Shown piece after piece: positions 27,642-40,765 of a stretch of DNA of 64,000 bases; position 1 is the first letter of the stretch, and each line of letters begins with the position of its first letter. The stretch lies in the NCBI GenBank assembly GCA_965153355.1, contig OZ231126.1, positions 18,042,001 through 18,106,000 of the forward strand. Reading direction: 5' to 3'. The stretch comes from Flaccisagitta enflata (lineage: Eukaryota). The notes beneath the pieces were generated by a model, which was given only the letters and a program-made list of their open reading frames with translations, was not told the DNA's origin and did not search any database. A program made the translations under genes and the position numbers.

Positions 27642-30586
27642 AGGCCCGTAGAGTATTAGGTGTTAAGAAGTCGCGTGATTTGTGATGATAAAAGACGGTT
27701 TGTCCATTTCCAGACAAAATACTGCTGCTCGTGCATTGACCCAGCCCAGTTGTATGGGTCAGTCGCGTTTTGAAGGGTTCCCCTCCCAACAGACAGCCCG
27801 ACTAAGTGGCATATAGGATTGCATGGACGCAATTGATGATAGCATTCTAAGCTCATAAATCTGCTCCTTAACTTAGGTCTTTGTAATCAAGACTCTTGGT
27901 CAAAAACTTATTTTTACTGCATATCGATGTCAAGATTATTTCAACTGTCAAGCTTGACCAACTGGTGGAGAGCAAGCCCAGCAGTCTCAGTGTTACAAGG
28001 CCATTAACATGCAACCTTGGTTGTGGACAGGTGCGGAAAACCCTGAAAAGCAACTTTGTCACAGATTGACGGACCAATGGACCAATGGACATAAAAGCGA
28101 CTTAAAGAGTTGCATGTCTGCAACAAAATATTTAGAAAACCGTATTTTTTCCATTTAATGCCCCCCTGTCATTACTAAGGGTAATATGTGGTCAGCATTA
28201 TCCAATGACTAACCACTCATGATTGTGATAGTGAGTGTGAGGAGGCGATGCAGGGAGATAAAGTCCTGTACAACACATACTGCCATACTTGTGGTCACTA
28301 CAGCATTGGAGCAGGAGCAGTGAGGCCGGTGTTCACAAAAAATTGAAGAAAGAAAAAAAACGTGACAGACTGACCGACAGACAGTGGTGAATACCGTCGC
28401 ATAGCACGTGACTAAAACCCATCTTACTGAAAAGAAGCCTCTCATTGTAGTATATTTTTTTGTCAAATCCCGTGGTATTCATCCCTCTGCACCTTTTTAT
28501 CTACAGATGGAACCAATGACAGACTCACTTAGTGAATAAAAGAGTTACAAAGCATGCTTCTAAAAATGGTAGTGACTTAAATTTGTAAGTTACAATTTCA
28601 GGTGAAGGCATTTTCCATCTGTTTGTCTGTCCGTCAATTGCCTGTCAGTCCATAATGATTGCCCAGGAATGTGGAAGTTTGTGGGGAGGGGGGAAGTAGA
28701 TGCCCCTGTACTAATGTATGTTGCTGCACAGGTTATGAAATAGAATATCCCAAACCGATTGCCTTATGCTTCCCTGTGTCGATCTGTAGCAAGGAAAAAA
28801 TATCCCATGCAGCTAACTTGCTGTAGCCCGCAGCAGCGTGCAGCAGTATGCAGCAAAAGAAAATGTTTTCCAGCAGACATTCAACAAATTAAAACTGACT
28901 TTAATAAGATTTTGGACCAAATTTTCAAAAGCAATGACAGCTGGAATGGTAAAATATCACGAGGAGCTTGCTTGCTTGCTGCAACTTACTGCAGCTTTCT
29001 GCTTACTGACTGTAGCTTGCTGCAGCTTGCTACAAAAGTAGAATATACCCAGTAGTAATATACTTACAACGTTCTAATTGAGATTATTCAGTAAATCACA
29101 TCCACTAAATTGTGGTCTCGATTGTCTTTTTGATCAAATTTCAAAATCTATAGGACAATTAGGAAAGTGCTGCAAACCGGAAAAGCTTCAGCAGCTTATT
29201 CTCTTGCTGCAGGTAGGGCTTTGAAAAAGATCAAAATTCCAAAGCAAGTGCAATTCACAAAATAAAAACTGCAATCACTGGGTAAATCATTAACTTTAAA
29301 TTATGTTCTGCATTGCATTTTTCATCAAATTCTCAAACGACGGGAACTTGCGGTAATTCATCACCCAATGTACAGCAATTTGCAGCAACCACTGTATTCT
29401 TTAATGTTTCACTGTCTTTTGCACACAGCTACACAAAGCAGCATTACCAACTATCATTTTTTGTTACAACCAAAGCATTTATCATGTAACATGAGACCCA
29501 GAGGATCTAAGAGACATGATAAACTTAAGGTTTGGCCAAAAATTCTTAGGTCTTGTAAAGATGACAAACATAGTGGGTGAGGGCAATTTTTTCAGCAACT
29601 TTGGGCACAGGAAATGATGCAGATCGTTCAGGATGTTACTTCACCAGGGTTTGGTCGCCTACTGGGAAAGAAATTGGTTCCCTCCCGTCCCTATTCATAA
29701 AAATGGTTAGATTCCTTAAAATTCCCATTCATGTGTTGATAATCTAAACTTCCTCAACAAATAAGGTGATCTTGATTGTTGCGATTTATCACTGCTGGCC
29801 ACCATGTGTCGGAAGTGATGGTGTACTTTGATTTTCACGTAATCTTCAGAATGATTCAGTACATTTTCATTTGCAGTTTCATCAGCCTTTTCATTTTCAT
29901 CTTCATTTACATATTCACTTGCAATTACAATATCATTTTCATTAGCACTTCTGTTTTCATTTTCATTTTGACTTCCTCTTTCATTTGGACTTTCACTCTC
30001 ATTTTCATTTTCTTTTTTCATTTTCTAAGTCATTTTGGGCCAAAGATTGAGAGGAATCCAAAGACTGGGAGCTTTCACCTGCTTCCTGTGAGGAACTTCC
30101 ACCACGCTTAAAACAATTGTTTTATCTAGGCATCTTTGCCAAAAGCTTGTTTTCTTTTTTTTCTTTGTCATCTTTTGCTTTCCTTTTTGAAAAGCCAGAT
30201 AAATTATTACATCCTATATCTCTTGGTCGACCTTGACCAACCATCAATTGTATGATCAATTGCAAAGAAAAAAGTAGCCCTTCACAGAGAGCAGATTTCA
30301 GAGATCAAACAATTTTACAAACACAATTCACAAGAAACAGTGTTTTCAAACGATTTTCTAATTGTTTAAAAAGATGCGCAGGTTTGGGCAGAAAATGTGA
30401 AAAAAATACTGGTGAAATTAAAAACTCTGAGAAATTATGATTCATGAGGAGTAAAACAGTGTCTTTTGTTCATAAATCATGATTTGTCTAGAGAAAAAAA
30501 ATCTCATTCCTTTCCTCTGTTTCCTTTTTCGTTTCCTTTCTTCTTTTCCTTTTTTCTTTTTCTTTCTCTTTTTTTTTCTTCCCCTT

Positions 30587-31186
30587 TTTGGGCGGCGGCC
30601 CCAAAGGGCCGATGTCCTGTAGGACACAGGGGTGAATTTCCATACGTACGTACGTCCGTCCGTCCGCCCCCCCCCAAAGCTTCTCAAGCCTCTCAAATCC
30701 AGCCTCTCAGGCCTCAAATTTGGCCTCTCAGGCCTCAAATCCAGCCTCTCAGGCCTCAGATCCAGTCTCCCAGGCCTCAAATCCAGCCTCTCAAGCCTCA
30801 AATCCAGCCTCTCATGCCTCAAATTCCGCCTCTTGGGCCTCAAATCCAGCTTCTTGGGCCTCAAATCCAGCCTCTCAGGCCACAAATCCAGCCCCTTTGG
30901 CCTCTAATCCAGCATCTTGGGCCTCTAATCCAGCATCTTGGGCCTTATATCCAGCCTCTCAGACCTCAAGTTCCCATTGAATAACATGGAAAATTGACAA
31001 AAATTGAGAAAAATGCAAAATTCCCAAATGTGCCCTCTCAGGATGTAAAGGAGACCACCTCAGGAACTTACAGGACATCGTCTCTTGGGGCCGCTGCCCT
31101 GCTCTCTCACCCCACTTCTTCAGCTAATCACTCCAAGCAGGGCATCGGGTACCGCTTGACTCATGTGCGATCCTTGGATGACTTCT
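30587..31186. mobile_element. Interspersed element family B with 21-bp minisatellite core (Helentron-like non-autonomous)
   Basis: Ends gggcggcggccccaaagggccgatgtcctgtaggacacagg and ggccgctgccctgct...cagggcatcgggtaccgct; core (ggcctcaaatccagcctctca)n. Confidence 0.75.
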
Positions 31187-31220
31187 TTCTTCCCCCTTCC
31201 TTTTCTCGCAGCTCCCGGCG

Positions 31221-31752
31221 TGACGAGGTCCTGTAGAACACAGGGGACTTTGTTCTACATTTCCCGTCCGTCCGTTTGTCCGTGCTTGTCCATTCGGGTC
31301 CGTGCCTCTCAGGCCTGGAAACTATTCCTCTCAGGCCTGGAATTTACCCTCTCTGCCCCTCTCAGGCCTGAAATCTGCCCTCTCAGGCCTTGAATCTGCC
31401 CTCTCAGGCCTGAAATCTCAGGCCTGAGAGGACTTGCCCTCCAGGCCTGGGATATCGTCCTTCCTTGTGTACCTGAAATCTGCCCTCACAGATTCAAGGT
31501 CTGGAGAGGGCAGGATTTCTAGGCCTGAGGAGGGTAAATTTCAGGCCTGAGAGGGCAGATTTCAGGCCTGAGAGGGCCTTGGGGGAACTGGTTTGATGGA
31601 CGGACGGACAGAACTAGCCAATGAAAGTCCCCCTGTGTTCTACAGGACTTTGTCCCCTTCGGGGCCGCTGCCCTGCTTCCTCTCACTCCAATTCACAATC
31701 ACGCAAAGCAGGGCAACGGGTATCGCTGACCACATATTGCCCTTGGGCGACC
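31221..31752. mobile_element. Family B minisatellite-bearing element
   Basis: gtcctgtagaacacagggg ... ccctgtgttctacaggac internal inverted repeat; ends with gggcaacgggtatcgctgaccacatattgcccttgggcgacc. Confidence 0.75.
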
Positions 31753-31904
31753 TGTTCTCCTTTTCCACCCTTTGATTTTCTTCTTTATCTCCAAACTCTT
31801 TGATTTTTTTCCCTCCCTCCCACCGGTGGGGGGGAATACTCAACTTCATACACGACTGTATTAAATGATATGTGTTCTACATTGTATAAGCTAGTCATCC
31901 AAGG

Positions 31905-32390
31905 ATACCACATGGTCAGCGGTATGTGATATCATACTTGGAGTGATCAAGTGAAGAAGTGGAGAGAGCAGGGCAGCGGTCCCTAAGGGTTGATGTCCTG
32001 TAGGATACGGGGGTGAATTTTTTGACATCCCGAGGGATATCAATGATTTCCATCTGTACAATAGTATATATGCAATAGTATATGGTATCCGTGCTTAAAT
32101 CCCAGCCTCAAGGCGAATCCCAGCCTCAAGGCGAACTGCCTCAAGGCTCAAATCCCAGCCTTGAGGCTCGGGACCAGCCATGAGGCTCAAAATCTCAGCC
32201 ATGAGGCTCAATCTCAGCCTCGAGGCTCAAATCTCAGCCTCAGGCTCAAATCCCAGCCTAGTTAGTCTCAAATAAAATAAAGATAGGTCAGTCATGCCCT
32301 TCGGCCGCTGCCCTCTAACCCACCTTACACCCACACACTCACATAGGGGCAACGGGTACCGCTGACCATCTAACGCTTTTGCGACTATTT
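31905..32390. mobile_element. Family B minisatellite-bearing element(s)
   Basis: ggtcagcggta...gggcagcggtccctaagggttgatgtcctgtagga; (gaggctcaaatcccagcct)n core; ggggcaacgggtaccgctgaccatctaacgcttttgcgact end. Confidence 0.65.
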
Positions 32391-32399
32391 TTTTTGTTT

Positions 32400-32478
32400 C
32401 CCCCCTGAGGCGCGGGGCCCCCCTTGGGCGCGGGGCCCTAGGCAGTGCCTATTGTGCCTATAGGTTGTTCCGGCCCAG
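32400..32478 (+). mobile_element. hAT-like DNA transposon right end
   Basis: gcgcggggcccc twice, then ...ggttgttccggcccag, the inverted match to 15003-15018. Confidence 0.5.
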
Positions 32479-32995
32479 CCGGACATGCAACACTATAAGA
32501 GGTTTTGTCCCTCCGTTGGTCCGTCTGTTGTTCCGTCCGTTGCGTTCGTCCGTAGCGCACGAGTTGAAAAGTGGACGTCTTTTGGCTGTCTGTTGGTAAG
32601 GTGGTCTTTTTGCATTTTTTTTTTGTAACGCAGCAACTACACTATTCATTAAAGGTAGGGGCGCGCGTGTTGCCTGCTCACCAAACGACGTTTTCCTTCT
32701 TTTTCACTAGAAATATGTTTTTATTTCGCGGACACGCCACTCTATGCAGTGTTTTGTCGATCGGTCGTTGGTCCATTGATCGGCCCGTAACATCGTTGAA
32801 TTGCGAGCAGTTTTTTTATCGCTGCTCCTGCCCAGACATCCGCGAATACGGTGGCGATTATTCAGCATTATTTTTGCCGATTTAAAGGTCAATCAGCCAA
32901 ACGACCTTGACGAAGTCGGCCTTGACCTCCGCCGCAGAAACGGGAAAAACCTGACACTAAGCGTCTTAAGTATAAGCGTCTTATCATCCTATCAG

Positions 32996-33055
32996 GCTGC
33001 AATGGACACTTTCTGGTGAAACGCAGCTCACGATTCATCTTAAGGACAGTCGCAG
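32996..33055 (+). CDS. chs: Chitin synthase exon (RLQWTLSGETQLTIHLKDSR)
   Basis: cag|G...AG|gt. Resembles the animal CHS segment GRLxWTLPGxTxxxxHLKD. Its phase-2 end joins the exon at 43996 to give HLKDSRRIRHRKRWSQ. Confidence 0.85.
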
Positions 33056-33081
33056 GTGCCTCAAGAAAAGGGAAACATGAG

Positions 33082-33083
<2 letters not shown>

Positions 33084-33151
<68 letters not shown>
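33084..33151. repeat. (GA)n microsatellite
   Basis: Pure GA run just inside the intron. Confidence 0.98.
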
Positions 33152-33154
<3 letters not shown>

Positions 33155-33324
33155 TTGTAAGGGGAGAAAATGATAAGCGATGTACTGGATATCATCACCA
33201 GAAGCTTAGTTCAGGATACCATTAAGGGCAGCTATCGCCGACTGAAAAAAAGTCATAAATGAAGTCTCTTTTTTCATTGACATTGCGTGTGTGCATCTTA
33301 TGCTTTCTGGTTGATTGTTTCTAT

Positions 33325-33532
33325 TTCTAGTCGCGTGCTAAGCGACTCTACACCTCGCTTTGTTGTCCATCCATCCGTCCATCCATCCATCCGTTTGACA
33401 GTTTATCACACTTTACTTTTTTTAGGTTTTCCTGTCTTTGGCCTCACTGCTCCTGCCCAAATGATCCTATGACCTCAAATACTGCCCCTTCCCACCCGAA
33501 CGCAACTGGGGTAGCCGTGTACCCAGCCTTTA
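33325..33532 (+). mobile_element. Helentron/DINE-1-like element (family A)
   Basis: tagtcgcgtgctaagcgactcta hairpin, (CCAT/CCGT)n core, gctcctgccca...gccgtgtacccagcctt end. Confidence 0.65.
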
Positions 33533-33621
33533 TGTAATCTCTGTGTGTCAGTGTTTCTTTTTCTCTGTGTTTTTCTCTATTTTTGAATGTGTTTGTCTAT
33601 GGCTTTCTCTCGCTCTTTCAA

Positions 33622-33842
<221 letters not shown>

Positions 33843-34892
33843 AACCATAAGCAATTAGAGCGAAATGTAAAAGCTAGCAACAAAAAAGTTTGAGTCAATG
33901 TGTGTAACATGTTTACTTTTCTTTCTTGTTACATAGGACCCAAAATTAGGATCAATGAAGAATATTGTTCTTTGCAAAAAAACACAAAGAAAAATTCAAA
34001 ACATTATAAGACTTATAGCAAGGTCGTGAAAAAAACGTTTTTCGGTCACTTTTGGATCAATTTTTTGCATCAAAAAGTCCACTATGGACCAAAAAGATGG
34101 TCGTATATGCTTCTTGGAGCCTCACAACATTCCCACAATAAGAAATGGTCCTCAGTTGGACATTTTACTGCATGGAAAACAGTCTATACAACGAGGAAAG
34201 CCGGTGAACGAGTAAATTGTGTATGAGAATAATTTTAAGCGATCATTTTTCTATTTTTGCCTCCGATACAGTTGTGGAATTTAGATCATTTTTTTTCACC
34301 AAATGTTGTTATAATGATGATAACTGACTGTGAAAATTTTTTCCACCATGATTTTTACTGTTTTGTTACCTTAAGCCTTTCTCACCTGAGGGTGGTCAGG
34401 TGACAAAAGAAATTCTAAAAAATACAGGAGGAAGTTTATTATTTCTTTTTAAGATACTTTCCGTCGGAAAAAAGCTATGAAATTTCAACTGTAGTCGTGG
34501 AACATGTTCAACTACTTGCATGTCAATTTTTATGGTTGTAGGCCAATTTTAAGTATCGATTTCTCTCCCTGGATTTTAAAAAACGTTGCAAGAAGACATT
34601 TTTGAAAAAAAGATTTTTTGGCTCGTAAATAACAAATCTGTGAAATGGACAAACTTTTTGCATTTTTAAAAACATACGACGCGAGATATAGTGATTTGCT
34701 AGCGTCGCATGTTTTTGGATTTTCCATATTTTCATTTTCTATGCAAATTTGTTATTTATGGTGAGCATGGGTCAGGTGGATTTTTGCTCTGCCAAAAAAA
34801 GCAACAAAATGAAAACAACATTTGCCATTAGCAACGTTACTGGACAGATGCTGAGCCTTGCATTTGATAACTGGGCTTGCTATTATCAAAAT

Positions 34893-34893
34893 T

Positions 34894-34964
<71 letters not shown>

Positions 34965-35061
34965 AAAAAAAAAAAAAAAAAGGAAAAAAAGAAAAAAGCT
35001 AGGAAAAGAAAGAAAGAAAGAAGGAAAGAAAGAAGGAAAGAAAGAAAGAAAGAAAGAAGGA

Positions 35062-35097
<36 letters not shown>

Positions 35098-35189
35098 AAA
35101 ATGAAAAATGAATTACCGAAAGAAGGAAAGAAACAAATTGACGAAGAAATAAACAAAACAAAAAAAGAAAAAACAAAAGAAAGAAAGAA

Positions 35190-35228
<39 letters not shown>

Positions 35229-35346
35229 AAGAAAGAAAGAAAGAAAGAAAGAAAAAAGAAGGAAAGAAGGAAAGAAAGAAAGAAAGAAAGAAAGAAAGAA
35301 GAAGGAAAAAAAGAAAGAAGGAAAGAAAGAAAGAAAGAATGGGAAA

Positions 35347-35414
<68 letters not shown>

Positions 35415-35543
35415 AAAAAAGAAAGAAATAAGGAGCGAAGGATAGAAGAAAGGAAGGGAGGAAAGAAGGAAAGACATAGACAGCAGGAAAGAAAGAAAGA
35501 AAGAAAGAAAGAGAGAAGGAAAGCAGGAAAGAAAGAAAGAAAT
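34893..35543. repeat. (GAAA)n/(GACA)n compound microsatellite
   Basis: GAAA tetramer runs with a GACA block. Confidence 0.97.
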
Positions 35544-35797
35544 ACGGATAGACTGACAGCTACTGTTGGCTAAAAGTACACATATTTTTCTCTTTTCTTT
35601 TCTTTTTTTCCCTGGTCCTACTCACGGGTCATCTTAGATGGAGTTGTTCATTTGTTTAAAAAAAAAAGTTTAAAATATACGACGCAAGATGTCCTTTCCT
35701 GACAGGTCTCCTTTAATTTAAGGGTTTTCTTTTTCTGAGAACAAAAACAAAAGATCCTGAGATCGAGTAGAGGAAAAGGAAAGAAACGAAAGGAGAT

Positions 35798-35945
<148 letters not shown>

Positions 35946-35968
35946 AAACAAAATCAGATAGCTAGAAG

Positions 35969-36117
35969 AAACAAGGCCGGTTACACGGCAGGACAGTCGC
36001 GGACGGTTTGGCAGGGGCGGTAATGCAAAAAACTGCTCGCAATTTAAAAAGGTTACGTGACCGACCTACCGACCGACACGGCAAGGTGTAGAGTTGCGTG
36101 TCCGCAACTAAAAAAAA
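35969..36117 (-). mobile_element. Helentron/DINE-1-like element (family A)
   Basis: Reverse-complement copy of 44180-44341; hairpin agttgcg-tgtc-cgcaact. Confidence 0.75.
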
Positions 36118-36337
36118 GGAAGGAAAGAAAGAGAGGAAGAGAGAAATAAAGATAAAAGAGTAACACATAAAGAGCGACAAGAGGAAAGTAAGGAAGAAAG
36201 GAGAAAGGAAAGAGAGAAAGAAATAAAGGAAGAAAGAAAGCCTAGAAAGGAGATCGTGACAAAGGATACGCTCAAAATGACGCTTCTGTAATTATTCATA
36301 AATTTCATAGACAATGATTTCTTTAAATGCTCAGCTA

Positions 36338-36933
36338 ACAGGGTGTCCGATAAATTTGGCAAAATTTTATACAGAACTTAGAAAAACTATCTTGAACTGA
36401 TCTTTTCCATTAAAATAATAGTCAAACATAAATGTTGGTTAGTAGTAAATATCTAGTATCCAACAGGCAGCAAAAATCCATATTAAATGATCAATATAAG
36501 GAAGAAGAGTTTCACTTGAAGTTGTCTGGAAAAAATCGTTTTTGATGGACGAAAGAAAATGGATGGTTGATCTTAAATTATTTTAGCAGATTTGTTTCAA
36601 TGCGAATTTTGAGTAAGATGAACTGTCCTGCTTTAATGATGTATACCCACCTATTTATTGTCCTATTTTAGATACCAAATTTGATGTGAAACATAGCTAA
36701 AAAGTTACTATTCTCTGCTATGTTTTATTGGTAAAAATCTCACCAAAATAAAAAGTTTGTCTCAGGCATAATTCGTTTCCTTTCAAATCAGGGAAACCCG
36801 TATGAAAAACCGCGCATTCTAACATCTAAAAGATCTAATTGGAATGATACATACAAAATTTTAGCTTACTGGGTCGCTGAGAAGTAAGGTTTTAAAGAAA
36901 TTATGTATTTGCCAAATTTATTGGACACCCTGT
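36338..36933. mobile_element. ~600-bp Tc1/mariner-type MITE
   Basis: TA-acagggtgtccgataaatttggcaaa ... tttgccaaatttattggacaccctgt-TA; one mismatch in the TIR and a TA TSD. Confidence 0.88.
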
Positions 36934-38476
36934 TAAGTGTAAGGTAAGTATGATTGATATCTTGCATTGCTCACCCTTTTATTGAATTCCCTTCTTTAGA
37001 ATAATTCTTTTTGTTTGATCATTTTTGTATCCATTTTTATAAGGTATGTTTGTGCGCTGGCGTTCATCTATGTATTACATCACGTCAAAAACAGAGGGAA
37101 CATCCAATGAATGAAGTTTAAAATGAATGAATGAAAGAATTGACAAATGGAAGCACATACGAAAAGTTGAAAACATATTGCACTTACCATATAAGATGTG
37201 ATTGAATGTGAACAAAAGATAGATTGATTGAACATATGGATGAATGAATGAATGAATGAGTGAATGAATGAATGAATGAATGAATGAGAACACACTAGTC
37301 TGTATTTGCACCGTGTACTTTAAACTAGGAGTACTGCCACTTTTATGACGGTTTCTGGTGGTCCAACCCATGTGTAATCTATGGCAAATGAGTGCAAAAA
37401 ATTTCCCAGAGCGCTTTTTGAAATATTCACATTTTTTACTTTCATGAAGTACAGGTCATTGAATTTTCCCTTTTTTGGACGATCAACCTTGTTTTGCTTA
37501 TAACTTTTAAACGAATCGAGCTAGAAATGCCAGATTGGTCCCATTTTAAAGATCTCTTCAAGATCTTTCCAACCGTCACCGATTTTTTGTAAATCCGTTC
37601 AAAAACAACTGAGATATAACTTGTCAAACATAAGCAATTTCATGGGGATCGTGGACAATTTCCCAGGTTGTGGAATTTTTCTTATTTTTGGAACAATTTA
37701 CATGTTTTGCTTGTAACTTTTGAACGAATTAAGCTAGAATTGCCAGATTGGTCCCATTTTAAAGAATTTTTGAAGCTCTTTCAGACAGTCACAAATTTTT
37801 TGAGAATCCGTTAAGAAATGGCTGAGATTTGACTTGTCAAACATGAGTAATATCATGGTGATTTGAAGTGATTTTCCCACCATCTTTTTCAGTCTTATTT
37901 TGACTTTAGATACCTCCTTCGCTCCTTACATCTGTTTAAAAGTCATTATATGTATGTCAGCTCATCATTGTAGTCTGTCAGTCAGTCTGTTGGCCTTTGG
38001 AAAGGGCTGATTTGAAAATAGAAAGGGTTGATAAGAGGCTTGACAGTGCTGATTTGAAGCTTGGGAGGGCAGAATTGTCGATTGAGGTATAAAAGGGCTG
38101 AATTGAGGTATGATAAGGCTGAATCGAGGTTTGAGAAGGTTGAATTGAGGACTAAGAAGGCTGACCAGAGGAGGGGGGATGAACAAATGAAAGGAACCAG
38201 GCACTTAAGGGCAATGTGGTCAATGATACTTTATAGGTAGCGGTCCCTAAGGGGACAAACTCCTGGACTTTCGTTGGTCCATCCGTCCTTCCATCTATTT
38301 GTCTGTATTCTTGTCACCCCCATCAAGAATCTAGCCCTCCAAGGCCTGAATTCTGCCCTCTCAAGCCTGAAATCTGCCCTCTCAGACCCATAATTTGCCC
38401 TCTCATGCTTTTGATTTGCCCTCTCAGGCATAGTATCTTCCCTCGCAGGCTTCAGATCTGCCAACTCAGGCCTACA

Positions 38477-39240
38477 GGGAATACCCCGCAAAGTGCCACC
38501 AAAGAAAACGTCATATTTCTGCTTCAAGAAATGATAATCTAATTCTGAAAAAAGTTCCTGAAAGATATTTTAAACCGATTTTGTCTGTATCAAACTAGCA
38601 AATTGGGTTTTGAAAGAATAACCGACCCGGAATAAGAGAAAAATGCTCAATTTTTGAGAAAAGCTACTGTTTTTCTCAAAGAATTATTAAGAGTTGCTCG
38701 TTTTTTCTCTGCCATTTATCAACAAATTGTGCCATACTGCTGGAAATGGTCTCTAATTGAAGATATCTTTTTTAAACATCAGTATCTGAAAAGTTTTTTT
38801 AGTTTCCCATCGTATTTCTATCGAAATATTACATTTTTCACCGAGATTCCTAGAGCAAAAGTGTTGTTTTTGGCCTCTGATAGGCAAATTTCTAATCATA
38901 CATAGAATTACAGCCCGATCATTTTGGGCATTCATAATCTACTTCAAAATATCTTTCATTCAAGCCCAACCCTGGAGTCTTTGCTTGATAGGTTGAGAAA
39001 TTGTATCAAAATCAGTGAACCCACTCCAAAACCCCCAAAAAGTAAAATGCGTGCTTTGCCATTTTTAAGATTTATTTCATTGCTACAGTACAGACACAGT
39101 TTTGAAGTTGTGTTCATTTTTTGTTGTATCTCATAAAATTGGTTTACAAAAGCTTTTTAGAACTTTTTCAAAATTTGATTATCTCTTTTAGAAGCTGAAA
39201 TATGACATTTTCTTTGGTGGCACTTTGCAGGGTATGCCTC
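38477..39240. mobile_element. MITE with ~50-bp TIRs nested in the foldback element
   Basis: gggaataccccgcaaagtgccaccaaagaaaacgtcatatttctgcttc ... gaagctgaaatatgacattttctttggtggcactttgcagggtatgcctc. Confidence 0.8.
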
Positions 39241-40177
39241 TTAGGCCTTAAATTAGCCCTCTCAAACCTCAAATCAGCTCTCTCAGGTCTCAAATCAGTC
39301 CTCTAAGGCATCAAACAACTCTATTAGCCCTCAAATTGTCCCTTTCAGACCTCATAACTATCAGCCCTCTAAAGCTTCAACTCTGCCCTAACATGCTTCT
39401 GATCAGCCCTCTCTGGCCTCAAAACAGCACTCTGGCCTTGAATCAACAATCTGTGTCCTCAAATCAGCGCAGTTGGGCTTCTAATCAGCCCTCTCAGCCC
39501 TCAAATTAGTCTTTACAGGCACAAACTCAGGCCTCTGAGCCTCTCAGGTACAAAATCAGCCCTCCCAGGCTTAAAATCAGTCCCCTCAGGCTTCAAACCA
39601 GCTTTCTCAAGCATCAAATCTGCCAGCTCAGCTTGCAATCAGCCCTCTCAGCCTTCAAATTGGCCAAGTTGACTTTCTCAGACCTAAAATTATCCTTAAA
39701 GAGGCTTGCAGGCTATCAATCACCCCTGATCAGCTCTCTTGAGTACCTCATCTGGGTGAGCAAAAGTCCCTCTGTGTCCCAATTTACGCCTCTGCCCTGC
39801 TCCCTCTCACTCAAGAGTAATATGTGGTCAGCGATACCCATTGCTCCACTTTACATGATTTCGAGTTGGAGAGCGAGGAAGCAGGGCTGCTGCCCCAAAG
39901 GGGATTAAGTCCAGCAGAACACAAGGGAACTTCCATGCGTCCATCTGTCAGTCCATTTGTCATTATCTTCATTCTGAGGCTTGAGATGGCTGCTTTGAGA
40001 CCTGAGATGAATAATTAATGATTGTAAGTCTGCCAGGGCAAATTGAAAGCCTGAGAGGGCTGATCTTAGGCCAGGAACAGATTAGAGGCCTGAGATAGCA
40101 GAACTGAGTTCTGGCGGTTGATGTGAGGCCTGAGAAATCAGATATGAGGCCTGAGAGGGCAGGTTTCAGGCCTAATA

Positions 40178-40765
40178 GTCGCAAAAGTGTTAGATGGTCA
40201 GCAGTACCTGTTGCCCCTTTGTGAATGTATGTGGGTATGAGGTGGTTAGAAGGGCAGCGGCCCCGAAGGGGCCGATGACCTATGCTGTTTTTATTTGAGC
40301 CTCAAGGCTGGAATTGGGGCCTTAAGGCTGGGATTTGGGCCTTAAAGCTGGGATTTGAGCCTTGAGGCTAGGATTTGAGCCTCAAGGCTGAGATTTGAGC
40401 CTCGAGGCTGGGATTTGAGCTTTTTGGCTGGGAACTGAGCCATGAGGCTATGATTTGAGCCTCAAGGCTGGGATTTGAGCTTTGAGGCTGGGATTTGAGC
40501 CTCGAGGCTGGGTTTTGAGCCTGGAGGTTGGGATTTGAGGCTCAAGGCTGGGAGTTGAGCTTTTAGGCTGGATTTTGAGCTTTGAGGGCTGGAAAATGAG
40601 CCTTCAGGCTGGAAAATGAGCCCTGCGACTAGAATTTGAGCTTCGGAGCCGGGGGGGGGGGGACAGAGAAGGAGAAGAAGAAGAAGAAGAAGGAGGAGGA
40701 GGAGAAAATCTCCCATATGTGTGAGAGCATAGGTCATCCGCCCTTTCGGGGCCGCTGCCCAAAAG
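40178..40765. mobile_element. Family B minisatellite-bearing element
   Basis: agtcgcaaaagtgttagatggtcagc...gggcagcggccccgaaggggccgatgacctatgct; (gaggctgggatttgagcct)n core; inverse of 49334-49981. Confidence 0.8.

Noticed and set aside
29716-30111. Asn/Glu-rich ORF (NENE…) and its Phe/Ile-rich antisense ORF
   Set aside because: Degenerate (TTTTCA)n low-complexity tract; no splice or domain support.
30442-30984. Repetitive ORFs (LRPERLD / PQIQPLR) resembling repeat proteins, also at 51365-51730
   Set aside because: They are translations of the 21-bp minisatellite core of family B elements, open in several frames.
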